From a virus (lineage: Duplodnaviria; Caudoviricetes): a stretch of 64,000 bases of DNA. The stretch is taken from positions 32,001-96,000 of the IMG/VR virus record IMGVR_UViG_3300014208_000024; one strand, written 5' to 3'. Numbering within the stretch: the stretch's first letter is position 1; every line of letters starts with the position of its first letter. Below the pieces are notes generated by a model. That model saw only the letters and a list, made by a program, of their open reading frames with translations. It searched no databases and was not told the origin of the DNA. A program made the translations under genes and the position numbers. Of the stretch, positions 1-7,834 are shown piece by piece.

Positions 1-282
1 AAGCATTATTAATAGTAAAAGTTTTCATATTACTTATATCATATGAAACTGTGCTACCAATACTACATCCTGCAATAAGATGCATTCCAAAGCTTTTTTC
101 TTCATCTGTTTGTGGCACAACTTCATTTTCACTCTTTGAGAATTTTTTTGACAATTCAATAAATCTCAAAACTTTTTCAATTTTCTTTTCCATAATTTTT
201 TATTTAAATTTTATAAAATATAAACAAATCAATTATAGAAATCAAATATTTTTTCACACTTAATCAAAGAACGTTTTCTTGC

Positions 283-367
283 TGCTGAAGGTGGATTCGA
301 ACCACATTTTAACCGTACTAAGCCGTACTCTGAAGTGACCTTGCAAGGAAAACACCTCTGCTTCAAC
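283..367 (-). ncRNA. Atypical tRNA-like RNA (acceptor stem and T-arm, non-canonical inner arms)
   Basis: GTTGAAG/CTTCAGC acceptor, GTGG-TTCGAAT-CCAC T-arm; no canonical D or anticodon arm. Confidence 0.45.
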
Positions 368-373
368 AATTTG

Positions 374-1042
374 TTAATAACTTTTACCTTCTTTGTATCT
401 TTGTTTTCTTTTTTGCCTACCATTTCCATTATTTAAAAATTTATATGTTGAGGTTAAAGAATGGCAACTTGGACACAACAATTTCAAATTTTCTAATTTA
501 TTATTCTCACTATTTCCATCTATATGTTCTAATTCTATTGGAATTTTATTACTATATTCATTTGTTTTATTCCATCCGCACTCCATACATTTTTCTCCGT
601 ATTTATAAATTAAATAATTTTTATAATTTTTTTCTGGCAAAGAAAAATCTCCATTTTCAATTTTTTTAAATATTGTTTTTCTTTTATATAAATTTCCGCA
701 TATATTGCTACAAAATTTTTTTTGTTTACAATTTAATTCTTGACCACAGTTTATGCATAATCTTATTTTTTTCCTTTTATGATTATTATATTTTGCTGCA
801 CAAGAACTATTGCAAAATTTTTTTTTATTTTTTTTTGATATTTCAAATTCTTTACTACAAGTTAAACAAGTTCTTTTTTCTTTTTGTTCTATAAGATAAG
901 AATATCCTTTTTTGTTTAAAAAAACTTTTGTCGCTTTTGATGTTCTCTTTATTTCTTCTGCAATTTCATTAAAATTTTTTCCAAGTTTTAATAATTTTAT
1001 TGATTTTTTTATCTCTTCATCATTCCATTTTTTGTTTTTCAT
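374..1042 (-). CDS. HNH homing endonuclease with HTH and Zn-ribbon
   Basis: CxxC repeats, ELEHIDG...N...CPSCH; start moved to MKNKKW at 1042. Confidence 0.85.
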   Translation of the reverse strand: MKNKKWNDEEIKKSIKLLKLGKNFNEIAEEIKRTSKATKVFLNKKGYSYLIEQKEKRTCLTCSKEFEISKKNKKKFCNSSCAAKYNNHKRKKIRLCINCGQELNCKQKKFCSNICGNLYKRKTIFKKIENGDFSLPEKNYKNYLIYKYGEKCMECGWNKTNEYSNKIPIELEHIDGNSENNKLENLKLLCPSCHSLTSTYKFLNNGNGRQKRKQRYKEGKSY

Positions 1043-1084
1043 ACTTTTATATTTTATTATAAATAGTATAAAAAAGTCGAAAAT

Positions 1085-1138
1085 GAATTTCGAAACGATA
1101 TTAATACAAAAAAATTTTTTTATATCGTTTCGAAATTC
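1085..1138. repeat. Perfect 17-bp inverted repeat hairpin
   Basis: GAATTTCGAAACGATAT...ATATCGTTTCGAAATTC. Confidence 0.8.
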
Positions 1139-1139
1139 G

Positions 1140-1225
1140 AGCCGATGGAGGGATTCGAACCCCCGATTAAACCTCACGGAACTTGATTACAAGTCAAGTG
1201 GAGTAGACCACTGTCCCACATCGGC
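1140..1225 (-). tRNA. tRNA-Thr(UGU) with extended variable region
   Basis: Cloverleaf, CTTGA-CTTGTAA-TCAAG. Confidence 0.85.
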
Positions 1226-1293
1226 ATATAGGGCTTTTCACCCCGTTTGGCAATGCTTGATTTCATTGAGTCGGCATTTGCTGAAACGACCAG

Positions 1294-1365
1294 AGCCAGT
1301 AGAGGGAATCGAACCCCCGAAATTCTCTTTACGAAAGAGACGCAATCCCCCTATGCGATACTGGC
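1294..1365 (-). tRNA. tRNA-Thr(CGU)
   Basis: TCTCT-TTCGTAA-AGAGA, TTCGA T-loop. Confidence 0.85.
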
Positions 1366-1450
1366 ATTAAATGTTATGACCTCCAAGTTCCGAGTTTAGC
1401 TAAGGCTCGAACTTATGCTTGCCAGCTGCTTGAATACCCATAACACTTTG

Positions 1451-1521
1451 AGCCGTAGGAGAGACTTGAACTCTCGACCCTTCCTTACCAAGGAAGTATT
1501 CTACCTCTGAACTACTACGGC
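1451..1521 (-). tRNA. tRNA-Thr(GGU)
   Basis: TTCC-TTGGTAA-GGAA. Confidence 0.9.
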
Positions 1522-1523
1522 AT

Positions 1524-1599
1524 TGGGGTGTCTGGAGAATTTTGAAATCTCGACCTTCGGCTTCACAAACCGCCACTCTGCCTCTGAGCTACAGACACC
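1524..1599 (-). tRNA. tRNA-His(GUG)
   Basis: 8-bp acceptor, TTGTGAA loop, encoded CCA. Confidence 0.9.
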
Positions 1600-1605
1600 A
1601 TATAA

Positions 1606-1732
1606 AAAGGGGTATAGAATAAACAGGTTGTCTTGGTTGCAAATCCTGGAGTTTAACCAGGACCCATTGAACTAAAGTCAATTGCTCTACACAGAGCTAA
1701 TTTGCGAAGTAACTGTCTAAATTGCCACCTTT
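1606..1732 (-). ncRNA. Y-RNA-like element Y1 enclosing an intact tRNA-like body with UUA anticodon
   Basis: Family stem GGTGGCAAT...AGTTACTTCG; inner cloverleaf ending ACCA. Confidence 0.7.
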
Positions 1733-1864
1733 TAAATTTTAAATATTTTAAAGAACGTTATGGTATGGGCTCCGATGTGGTGTTACCCACATCGAGACTA
1801 CTGCCCCCATCTTTGCAGATCATACATTAACCAGTAGTTTGGTTGTAAATGTACATCAGCCATT

Positions 1865-1939
1865 TGGGTGTTAGAGGGAAATCGAATCCCCGTCAAGGAG
1901 GGTCACAACCTCCACGGACAACCAACAGTCCACTAACAC
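1865..1939 (-). tRNA. tRNA-His(GUG)
   Basis: GGAGG-TTGTGAC-CCTCC. Confidence 0.8.
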
Positions 1940-1941
1940 AG

Positions 1942-2013
1942 CGGGGAAGGAGGGATTTGAACCCCCGACCTCAAAGTTAACAGCTTTTTGCTCTACCACT
2001 GAGCTACATCCCC
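1942..2013 (-). tRNA. tRNA-Asn(GUU)
   Basis: AAAG-CTGTTAA-CTTT. Confidence 0.9.
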
Positions 2014-2016
2014 ATT

Positions 2017-2586
2017 TTATAGTTTATAATTTTCATTTAATCCAGCATGAATTTCTCCATGACAATTTCTACACACCAAAATACATTTATCAACTTCTTT
2101 TTTTAACATTTCTAAACTACAAGATTTTCCAGATATTGTAAAATCTTTTTCTTCTGGATTTAAGTGATGAAATTCTAAAGATTGAGAACATTTTTTATAA
2201 CCACATTCAACACATTCCCCTCCCTTATATTCTATTAATTTTTGTTTTACTTTTTGTCTCCAACTAATAACATTATTAGAGCGTCTTTTTTTAATAGTTT
2301 CTTCATCCATTTTTTTTCTATCTATGGTTATAATATATTTTAAAACAGTAGATTTACTATATTCAAACTCTTTTGCTGTTTTTATACAAGATTTACATTT
2401 ATCATAAAACTCTTGCATTTGAATAATTTTTTCTTCCGTCGGTTTTTTAAACACTTTGAATTTAGATTCTTTTCTACAATGAAAAGAAACTGTTGATTTA
2501 GCACAACCAAGTGCTGTTGCAATTTCGTTATAACTCAAACCTTGAGTTCTTAACTTTAAAATTTCAGTTTTCATACTTTTTACCAT
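2017..2586 (-). CDS. HNH endonuclease with N-terminal HTH repeats
   Basis: CVECGY...LEFHH...CILVCRNCHGEIH. Confidence 0.9.
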   Translation of the reverse strand: MVKSMKTEILKLRTQGLSYNEIATALGCAKSTVSFHCRKESKFKVFKKPTEEKIIQMQEFYDKCKSCIKTAKEFEYSKSTVLKYIITIDRKKMDEETIKKRRSNNVISWRQKVKQKLIEYKGGECVECGYKKCSQSLEFHHLNPEEKDFTISGKSCSLEMLKKEVDKCILVCRNCHGEIHAGLNENYKL

Positions 2587-2660
2587 TTTATTAACATTTT
2601 ATGTTAATAAATAGGTAAAAATTTAAAAATTATAAACACTATTTCAAAGAACTTAAAAAA

Positions 2661-2808
2661 ATCCAGGGAAAATTTGCAAGGGTATAAATTACGTGCTCTA
2701 CCAACTGAGCTATCTCTCCAATTTTGTTTCTATTGCGGAGAGAGCAGGACTCGAACCTGCGACAACGGCATTAACAGTGCGAAGTAACCCTAACGATGGC
2801 CACTGGAA
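2661..2808 (-). ncRNA. Y-RNA-like element Y2 (permuted tRNA, Asn GUU loop)
   Basis: Family stem; order anticodon hairpin, T-arm, acceptor, D-arm. Confidence 0.75.
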
Positions 2809-2839
2809 TTATTTTCAATATTTTAAAGAACATATTTTG

Positions 2840-2913
2840 CGGGTATCAAGGGATTCGAACCCCCATGGTCTTGGTTAACGGCCAAGTGCTTCATCCAGTT
2901 CAGCCAAATACCC
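2840..2913 (-). tRNA. tRNA-Asn(GUU)
   Basis: CTTGG-CCGTTAA-CCAAG. Confidence 0.85.
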
Positions 2914-2917
2914 ATAA

Positions 2918-3138
2918 GAAAATTTCGGGGAAAAGCAGCAAAAGTGTTTTTTCTATTCTCTACCACTGAGCTACATCCCCCATGTTTTGTATGATATTTC
3001 ATACATTAATGCCGTTTTTTGTACATAATGTAGTACATATCCAACATTATTTGGAGGGATGGTGGGATTCGAACCCACGACCTTTTGAATCATAGTCAAA
3101 TGCGAAGTAACTCTTGCAATTGCCACCGAAAAATTTTC
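2918..3138 (-). ncRNA. Y-RNA-like element Y3 (permuted tRNA, AUG/His loop, long acceptor linker)
   Basis: Family stem; TTTGA-CTATGAT-TCAAA; T-arm precedes D-arm. Confidence 0.75.
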
Positions 3139-3140
3139 AA

Positions 3141-3153
3141 TATTTTAAAGAAC
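3141..3153 (-). promoter_or_regulatory. boxA-like antitermination element (representative of about 13 copies)
   Basis: GTTCTTTAAAATA; related copies near 264, 1744, 2641, 2819, 5217, 10263, 10465, 19513, 40571, 40697, 45084, 53024, all in or before RNA-gene blocks. Confidence 0.7.
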
Positions 3154-3158
3154 GTTGT

Positions 3159-3194
3159 AAAACAAAAAACCCAGACTCTTTCGAAATCTGGGTG
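3159..3194 (-). terminator. Attenuator terminator of Thr/His/Asn tRNA operon
   Basis: ACCCAGATT-TCGAAAG-AGTCTGGGT followed by TTTTTGTTTT. Confidence 0.85.
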
Positions 3195-3215
3195 CTTGTT
3201 TTTGTTTTATATGAT

Positions 3216-3305
3216 TTAACTCATAATAGACATATCACACCCAGATAAACATGTGGTATTATGTTTATGTGTATTCGTATTAATATGTATATTACTTGTT
3301 CTCAT
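3216..3305 (-). CDS. Leader peptide MRTSNIHINTNTHKHNTTCLSGCDMSIMS (Thr/His/Asn-rich)
   Basis: 29-aa ORF between promoter and terminator; 5 Thr, 4 Asn, 3 His; contains antiterminator TCTGGGTG. Confidence 0.8.
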   Translation of the reverse strand: MRTSNIHINTNTHKHNTTCLSGCDMSIMS

Positions 3306-3354
3306 TTCTTACTTTATTTTAAATAGTTAAAAAAATTGTTTATTTACCAATTTC

Positions 3355-3392
3355 TACGCAAATATATAAAAAAAGTTACATTAAAAGCAAGT
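3355..3392 (-). promoter_or_regulatory. Class I (probably early, host-RNAP) promoter TGTAAC-N-TAnnTTTGCGTA (representative of about 18 copies)
   Basis: Related motif near 5275, 7773, 10300, 10520, 19770, 23670, 25510, 27265, 27777, 30490, 32392, 33670, 38075, 40988, 42338, 45633, 48740; core resembles the Bacteroidota -7 element. Confidence 0.7.
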
Positions 3393-3443
3393 TTTTTTAT
3401 ATATTTTTTTAAATTATTTTTTTATTAATTGATTTCCAGTGTT

Positions 3444-4136
3444 TTATATTAAGCTCAAAATTGTCCTCTCAACAATTTTTTTCATATAATGCATATCTGT
3501 TTTATTTAAATTATAGTTTGGTGAAATAAAAGGAGCATGTGAATCCCATTTTCCACCCGTATTTCCATCTGTGGATTTTAATATTGTTTGTTTTCCCTCT
3601 CCCCTAAATGCTTTATAAGCGCCATCCTTTTCAGCTGATATTTCTAAAACAACATCTTCATAAAGCACTTCAACATCAACTCTTCCTGGTGCCCCAAACA
3701 TTATTTTATAATCTTCTGTGATTAAATCAAAAACTACAATTAAATTTCCTTTTTCATTAACACTTATATCTTTAATATTAATTGATTTTGGTTTTTCTTC
3801 AGCGCACATTTTACTTATAACCCACTTTATTTCTGAATCAATTTCTTTTTCTGTTTTTTCTGGGATCGGTATAATATTAAATGGATTTGTCAAAACTCTA
3901 TTTCCGCCTGTAAAAAGTAAATATTCTGCTCTTTCTGGAAACCATTTCAAAACTTTATGTTCGCCATATACTGGTTTAATATTATACACTGTTCTTCCAA
4001 CTAAATCTTCAAATTTTTCTATTCCCAATTTTTCTAATTGTTGTTCATATTCTTCTTTTGAGAAATCTCTAAAATTTGTAACATCAATTGTTGCAAGTTC
4101 TTGCAGTCTTTTTTTATATGATTCTGATAAATTCAT
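3444..4136 (-). CDS. Hypothetical protein with N-terminal LSESYKKRLQELA motif (probable virion protein)
   Basis: ORF; start moved to MNLSES; motif shared with 5308..5688. Confidence 0.7.
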   Translation of the reverse strand: MNLSESYKKRLQELATIDVTNFRDFSKEEYEQQLEKLGIEKFEDLVGRTVYNIKPVYGEHKVLKWFPERAEYLLFTGGNRVLTNPFNIIPIPEKTEKEIDSEIKWVISKMCAEEKPKSINIKDISVNEKGNLIVVFDLITEDYKIMFGAPGRVDVEVLYEDVVLEISAEKDGAYKAFRGEGKQTILKSTDGNTGGKWDSHAPFISPNYNLNKTDMHYMKKIVERTILSLI

Positions 4137-4137
4137 T

Positions 4138-4836
4138 TTAATAAGCGTAATTATATTTTGATTTTTTAGCTTTTTCCTTTCTCCATGTGTCATATTCTGA
4201 AGATGTGTTTTCGTCAAACCCAAAGTCAACCACAACAATTTTTGGAACTCCATCTCTTAAAACTTCTCCATAAGAAGATGTTCTTCCAAAATCTCCAGGA
4301 ACTGGATATTGATAATCGCTTATAAAATCTTGCATATCTATTGCAAATTCGTTTTCACTTAAGTCTGGAGCATTACTTCCCCAAAGTCTATCTCCACGCA
4401 TACTTGCCAACCACCTTACAAGATCTTCTGGAGTTGTTTTTGTTAATTCTTTAAATCTTCTTGGACTTACTTTCTTTGCAATTTCCATTTCTATCCACAT
4501 ATCATCTTGATCAACGTCAAACACTCTTGCTAAAACATCATAATTTTGTTTATATCCTTCTGATTCTGCACTATTTTGAGATATTCCCCTATCGTTTAAA
4601 GCAACCTTTAATACCTTCTCATCATCAATTTTGAACACTGCTCTAGATGAGCCAATTCCAACTTTTCCGAGCAAACGTTCTTTTGCATATTTTTGTTTTC
4701 CAGAAAAAGATCTTATATTTTTAAATTCATCGAAATTAAAGCTTGTTGGATAAGCCATTTCGTCAATGTGAAAATCTTTGTTTTCAGCAAACATTTCTTC
4801 AACACATTCTCTTATAATTTTTCTAACAAAATTCAT
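4138..4836 (-). CDS. Protein-kinase-like fold protein
   Basis: GIGSSRAVF Gly loop, VLKVA Lys, IVVVDFG. Confidence 0.65.
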   Translation of the reverse strand: MNFVRKIIRECVEEMFAENKDFHIDEMAYPTSFNFDEFKNIRSFSGKQKYAKERLLGKVGIGSSRAVFKIDDEKVLKVALNDRGISQNSAESEGYKQNYDVLARVFDVDQDDMWIEMEIAKKVSPRRFKELTKTTPEDLVRWLASMRGDRLWGSNAPDLSENEFAIDMQDFISDYQYPVPGDFGRTSSYGEVLRDGVPKIVVVDFGFDENTSSEYDTWRKEKAKKSKYNYAY

Positions 4837-4909
4837 TTAATAATTTTTATATAAATAGTTATAAAATGGAAAAACCCTCACGTTACTTATGCAAGGGTTT
4901 TTTAATATA

Positions 4910-5218
4910 AAGCAATTTTCTGGGAATTCTAGAGTGAGCGGTCACCTCGTATATCTCTGTTCAATTTCCATTATGGAACATCACCTAGTGAGGAACAAAG
5001 TTTAAGGCCAAATGTTTTAAGGTGTTCATTTTTCAACCCATAAACCTTAAGGGTTCATGTAATCTACTCTTTGCCTATCAATTCACCCAACACTTAAGTC
5101 GCAGCTTTAATATTGATTAACGTAAGGCTATGACATCTGAGCCGTTAGTCATTCTTTTTTTTAATGGTACTTAATCGTTGTCGAAGTATCTCAACATCTT
5201 TACCACAAAAAATTGCTT
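4910..5218 (-). ncRNA. Y-RNA-like element Y0 with about 250-nt non-tRNA cargo
   Basis: GTGGTAA...AGATACTTCG 5' arm, TTCCCAG 3' arm, terminal IR AAGCAATTTT; boxA upstream. Confidence 0.6.
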
Positions 5219-5307
5219 CAAAGAACTTATTAACTTATATAAATATAAAAAAAATTTTCATTTTCTATAAGCCTATACGAAAAATTATAAAAAAAGTTTC
5301 AAAAAAA

Positions 5308-5688
5308 TTATTTAAAATATCTAAATCCCTGAAACCCCTTCATAGGAATAGGTTCTATTTTGTGAAAAGGACCAGATCTCTCAATAAATTTTCCACTCCA
5401 ATTCTTTCCAGTGGTTGTACAATTAAAATTTTTTTCGGACATACCAACAATTTTCATCCAACCGATTATCGCTCCATTATATAATAAATAACATTTATTT
5501 CCAGGTTTAGTTTTAGGAAAGTTGTTTACTTTAAAATTCATTACCTGTTTATAATTTTCTACAGCCTTTAATTCCTTTTCATAATCTTTCCATTGAATTG
5601 ATTTTGGAATAGTGACAATAATATCCATTACATTGTCATTTATTCCAGCCAATTCTTGTAACCTGTTTTTATAATTTTCTGTTATCAT
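5308..5688 (-). CDS. Small beta-rich (ASCH/PUA-like) protein with virion-type N-terminal motif
   Basis: TENYKNRLQELAG start; KPGNKCYLLYNGAIIGWMKI. Confidence 0.5.
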   Translation of the reverse strand: MITENYKNRLQELAGINDNVMDIIVTIPKSIQWKDYEKELKAVENYKQVMNFKVNNFPKTKPGNKCYLLYNGAIIGWMKIVGMSEKNFNCTTTGKNWSGKFIERSGPFHKIEPIPMKGFQGFRYFK

Positions 5689-5693
5689 AAAAA

Positions 5694-5894
5694 CTAAGCT
5701 TTTTTATAATTATATTTTGATTTAATCATTGTATCAAAATAATTACCTGGAGAATCTGACTTTATTATTCCATTATATATTGTTTCTGGAACTGAAAAGT
5801 ATTTATATTTTCCGCCTTTAACAAAATCTATTGTTAAAATTTCGGTGGAGTTATTATATTCCACCGATCTTATTCTTGATGAATTTAACTGCAT
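5694..5894 (-). CDS. KTSC domain protein
   Basis: SSRIRSVEY...LTIDF..G.KYKYFSVP...Y....SDSPGNYF. Confidence 0.9.
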   Translation of the reverse strand: MQLNSSRIRSVEYNNSTEILTIDFVKGGKYKYFSVPETIYNGIIKSDSPGNYFDTMIKSKYNYKKA

Positions 5895-5983
5895 ATTCTT
5901 TTTATTTTAAATATACAACAATTTTAAAATAAATTCAATTGAATTATCTATAAAAAATTATTATATTTATTTAAAAAAGACAT

Positions 5984-6142
5984 ATGGAAAGAAATAAACC
6001 CAGGTTGGCCATAACAATTTCTCCTGAAATTGCAGAGAAATTAGAAAAACATAAATACAACAAATCAAAACTTGTAGACTCATTGTTAACAGATTATTTC
6101 AAAAAACTAGATGAAGATGTTGTGAAACATAAAAAAAATTAA
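5984..6142 (+). CDS. Small ribbon-helix-helix-like protein (52 aa, not in ORF track)
   Basis: MERNKPRLAITISPEIAEKLEKHKYNKSKLVDSLLTDYFKK; paralog at 28710..28853. Confidence 0.7.
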   Translation: MERNKPRLAITISPEIAEKLEKHKYNKSKLVDSLLTDYFKKLDEDVVKHKKN

Positions 6143-6204
6143 TTTCACAAGTGCTATTTTTATTTTTCTGCATATTTATAATAAACAATTAAATATTATA
6201 AATT

Positions 6205-6369
6205 ATGGCACGTAAAAAAATTAACCCAGAAAACAAAAAACAACATCTCTCTATTGTTGTTTCTTCAGAAAACTTTAACAGATTAAAAGAATTAGATTTA
6301 AACGAATCTAAATTCATCGACTGGTTATTAAAAGAACATTTCTTTAAATTAGAAAATGGAGGAAGGTAA
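6205..6369 (+). CDS. Small ribbon-helix-helix-like protein (54 aa, not in ORF track)
   Basis: KKQHLSIVVSSENF...NESKFIDWLLKEHF; paralog at 28490..28660. Confidence 0.7.
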   Translation: MARKKINPENKKQHLSIVVSSENFNRLKELDLNESKFIDWLLKEHFFKLENGGR

Positions 6370-6371
6370 TT

Positions 6372-7100
6372 ATGGAAACTAAAATATGCTCTAAATGCCA
6401 TGTTGAAAAACCTAATGATGAAGATTATTTTCCTAAAAGGAATAATAAGCTTGAATATAGATGTAAATCATGTCGTAAAGAATATTACGATATATGGAAA
6501 TTTAATAATGCAGAAGCTAAAAAACAATATGATAAAGATTATAGAGCTAAAAATTATGATAAACTTAAAAAATACACAAACGAATATAATGAAAATTTTC
6601 TATATAAGAACGGTGTAAAACGCCATACAAAATACTGGCAAAACAACAAAGAAAAAATAAAAACAAGAAGAGAGAAAAACAGAAATAATGAAAATATATT
6701 AAGGAACAAAAAAAGGAATGAGAGGCGAAAAGTTGACCCATTATTTAATCTACAAGAAAAAATAAGAACAAAACTTAACAAATTGTTTAAAAACAATGGA
6801 TATAAGAAAAACAAAAAAACAATTGATGTTATTGGATGTTCGTTTAAAAATCTAAAACTATATATAGAATCTAAATTTGAATCTTGGATGAATTGGGAAA
6901 ATCACGGATTATATAATGGACAGTTATATTATGGTTGGGACATAGACCATGTTATTCCATTGTGTACTGCTAAAACAGAAGAAGAATCTTTAAAATTATG
7001 GTATTATACAAATCTCCAACCTCTTTGCAGTAAAATAAATAGAGATATTAAAAAGGATAAAATTAATTTTAACTGTGCAGCAATTTTAAATTTCCCTTAA
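6372..7100 (+). CDS. HNH-like homing endonuclease
   Basis: CSKC...CKSC; WDIDHVIPL...YYTNLQPL. Confidence 0.8.
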   Translation: METKICSKCHVEKPNDEDYFPKRNNKLEYRCKSCRKEYYDIWKFNNAEAKKQYDKDYRAKNYDKLKKYTNEYNENFLYKNGVKRHTKYWQNNKEKIKTRREKNRNNENILRNKKRNERRKVDPLFNLQEKIRTKLNKLFKNNGYKKNKKTIDVIGCSFKNLKLYIESKFESWMNWENHGLYNGQLYYGWDIDHVIPLCTAKTEEESLKLWYYTNLQPLCSKINRDIKKDKINFNCAAILNFP

Positions 7101-7753
7101 ACACCTGTTTAAGGCTTGCTTTTTTCCCTGTTATATGGTCATGTACCAAATCGCTTTTAAAAGTATACATTCTTCTTTTATCTCCCCTAAATCCAGTTCC
7201 AATCTGTTCTTTTCTTTCTCTATGCTCTTTTTCTTTTTTATTAGAATCATATAGTTTTTGTACCCTTCTTGTCAATTCTTTTAGGGCAATTTCTTTGTTT
7301 TTTAGTTGACTTCTATCTTCATCACATCTTACTACCAGTCCAGTGGGAACATGCTTTAAATTCACACAAGAATAGGTGCGATTTCTTGCTTGTCCACCTG
7401 GACCTGTCCCATTTGTGATTTTAATTTCCACATCACTATCCTTTAGTTGGATTTTTACTTGTTGCCCAGGCTCCATTACAGCCACAGTGACTGAACTAGT
7501 GTGAACTCTGCCTTTTGATTCTGTTGGTGGAACACGACTAAACGTATGACCTCCAGCTTCATTTGAAAAGAATTTTTTTACGCCAGCACCGCTAAAGACA
7601 TAAAGAAATACATCCATCTTTCTCTTCTAAAGTAGAGATGGAAAAATTTTCAACCCTGGCCGCTTTTCTATAAACATCAGCCAAATCTTTTGCAAGAAGT
7701 TTTGAATCCATTCCTCCTTCTGCTGCACGAATTTCACAAATAATTGTTTCCAT
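7069..7753 (-). CDS. prfA: RF1-type peptide chain release factor (no domain 1), two ORFs joined by a +1 frameshift at CUU-UAG-C (7597..7591)
   Basis: EIRAAEGG (frame 0); VPPTES PxT motif and GPGGQ motif (frame +1). Confidence 0.85.
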
Positions 7754-7810
7754 AAGTTTTGGTTTTTGATAAATATACGAAAATTTTTCTTAAAAGATAC
7801 AGTTTTTTCA

Positions 7811-7820
7811 ACTATTTATT
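7811..7820 (+). promoter_or_regulatory. Class II (probably late) promoter motif TATTTAT(A/T) (representative)
   Basis: Found 10-30 nt upstream of nearly all virion-motif genes and homing endonuclease genes. Confidence 0.55.
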
Positions 7821-7834
7821 AAAAATATTTATAT

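Noticed and set aside
283-367. tRNA-Sec call from the CTTCAGA heptamer
   Set aside because: Flanks do not form an anticodon stem; the bases pair better in an alternative 6-bp helix
1229-1293. Possible twister-like ribozyme between Thr tRNAs
   Set aside because: Only partial hairpins; the conserved twister junction and pseudoknots could not be assigned
3159-3305. T-box riboswitch as the tRNA-sensing mechanism for the leaders
   Set aside because: No T-box consensus or Stem I motifs; the leaders are short ORFs with biased codons instead
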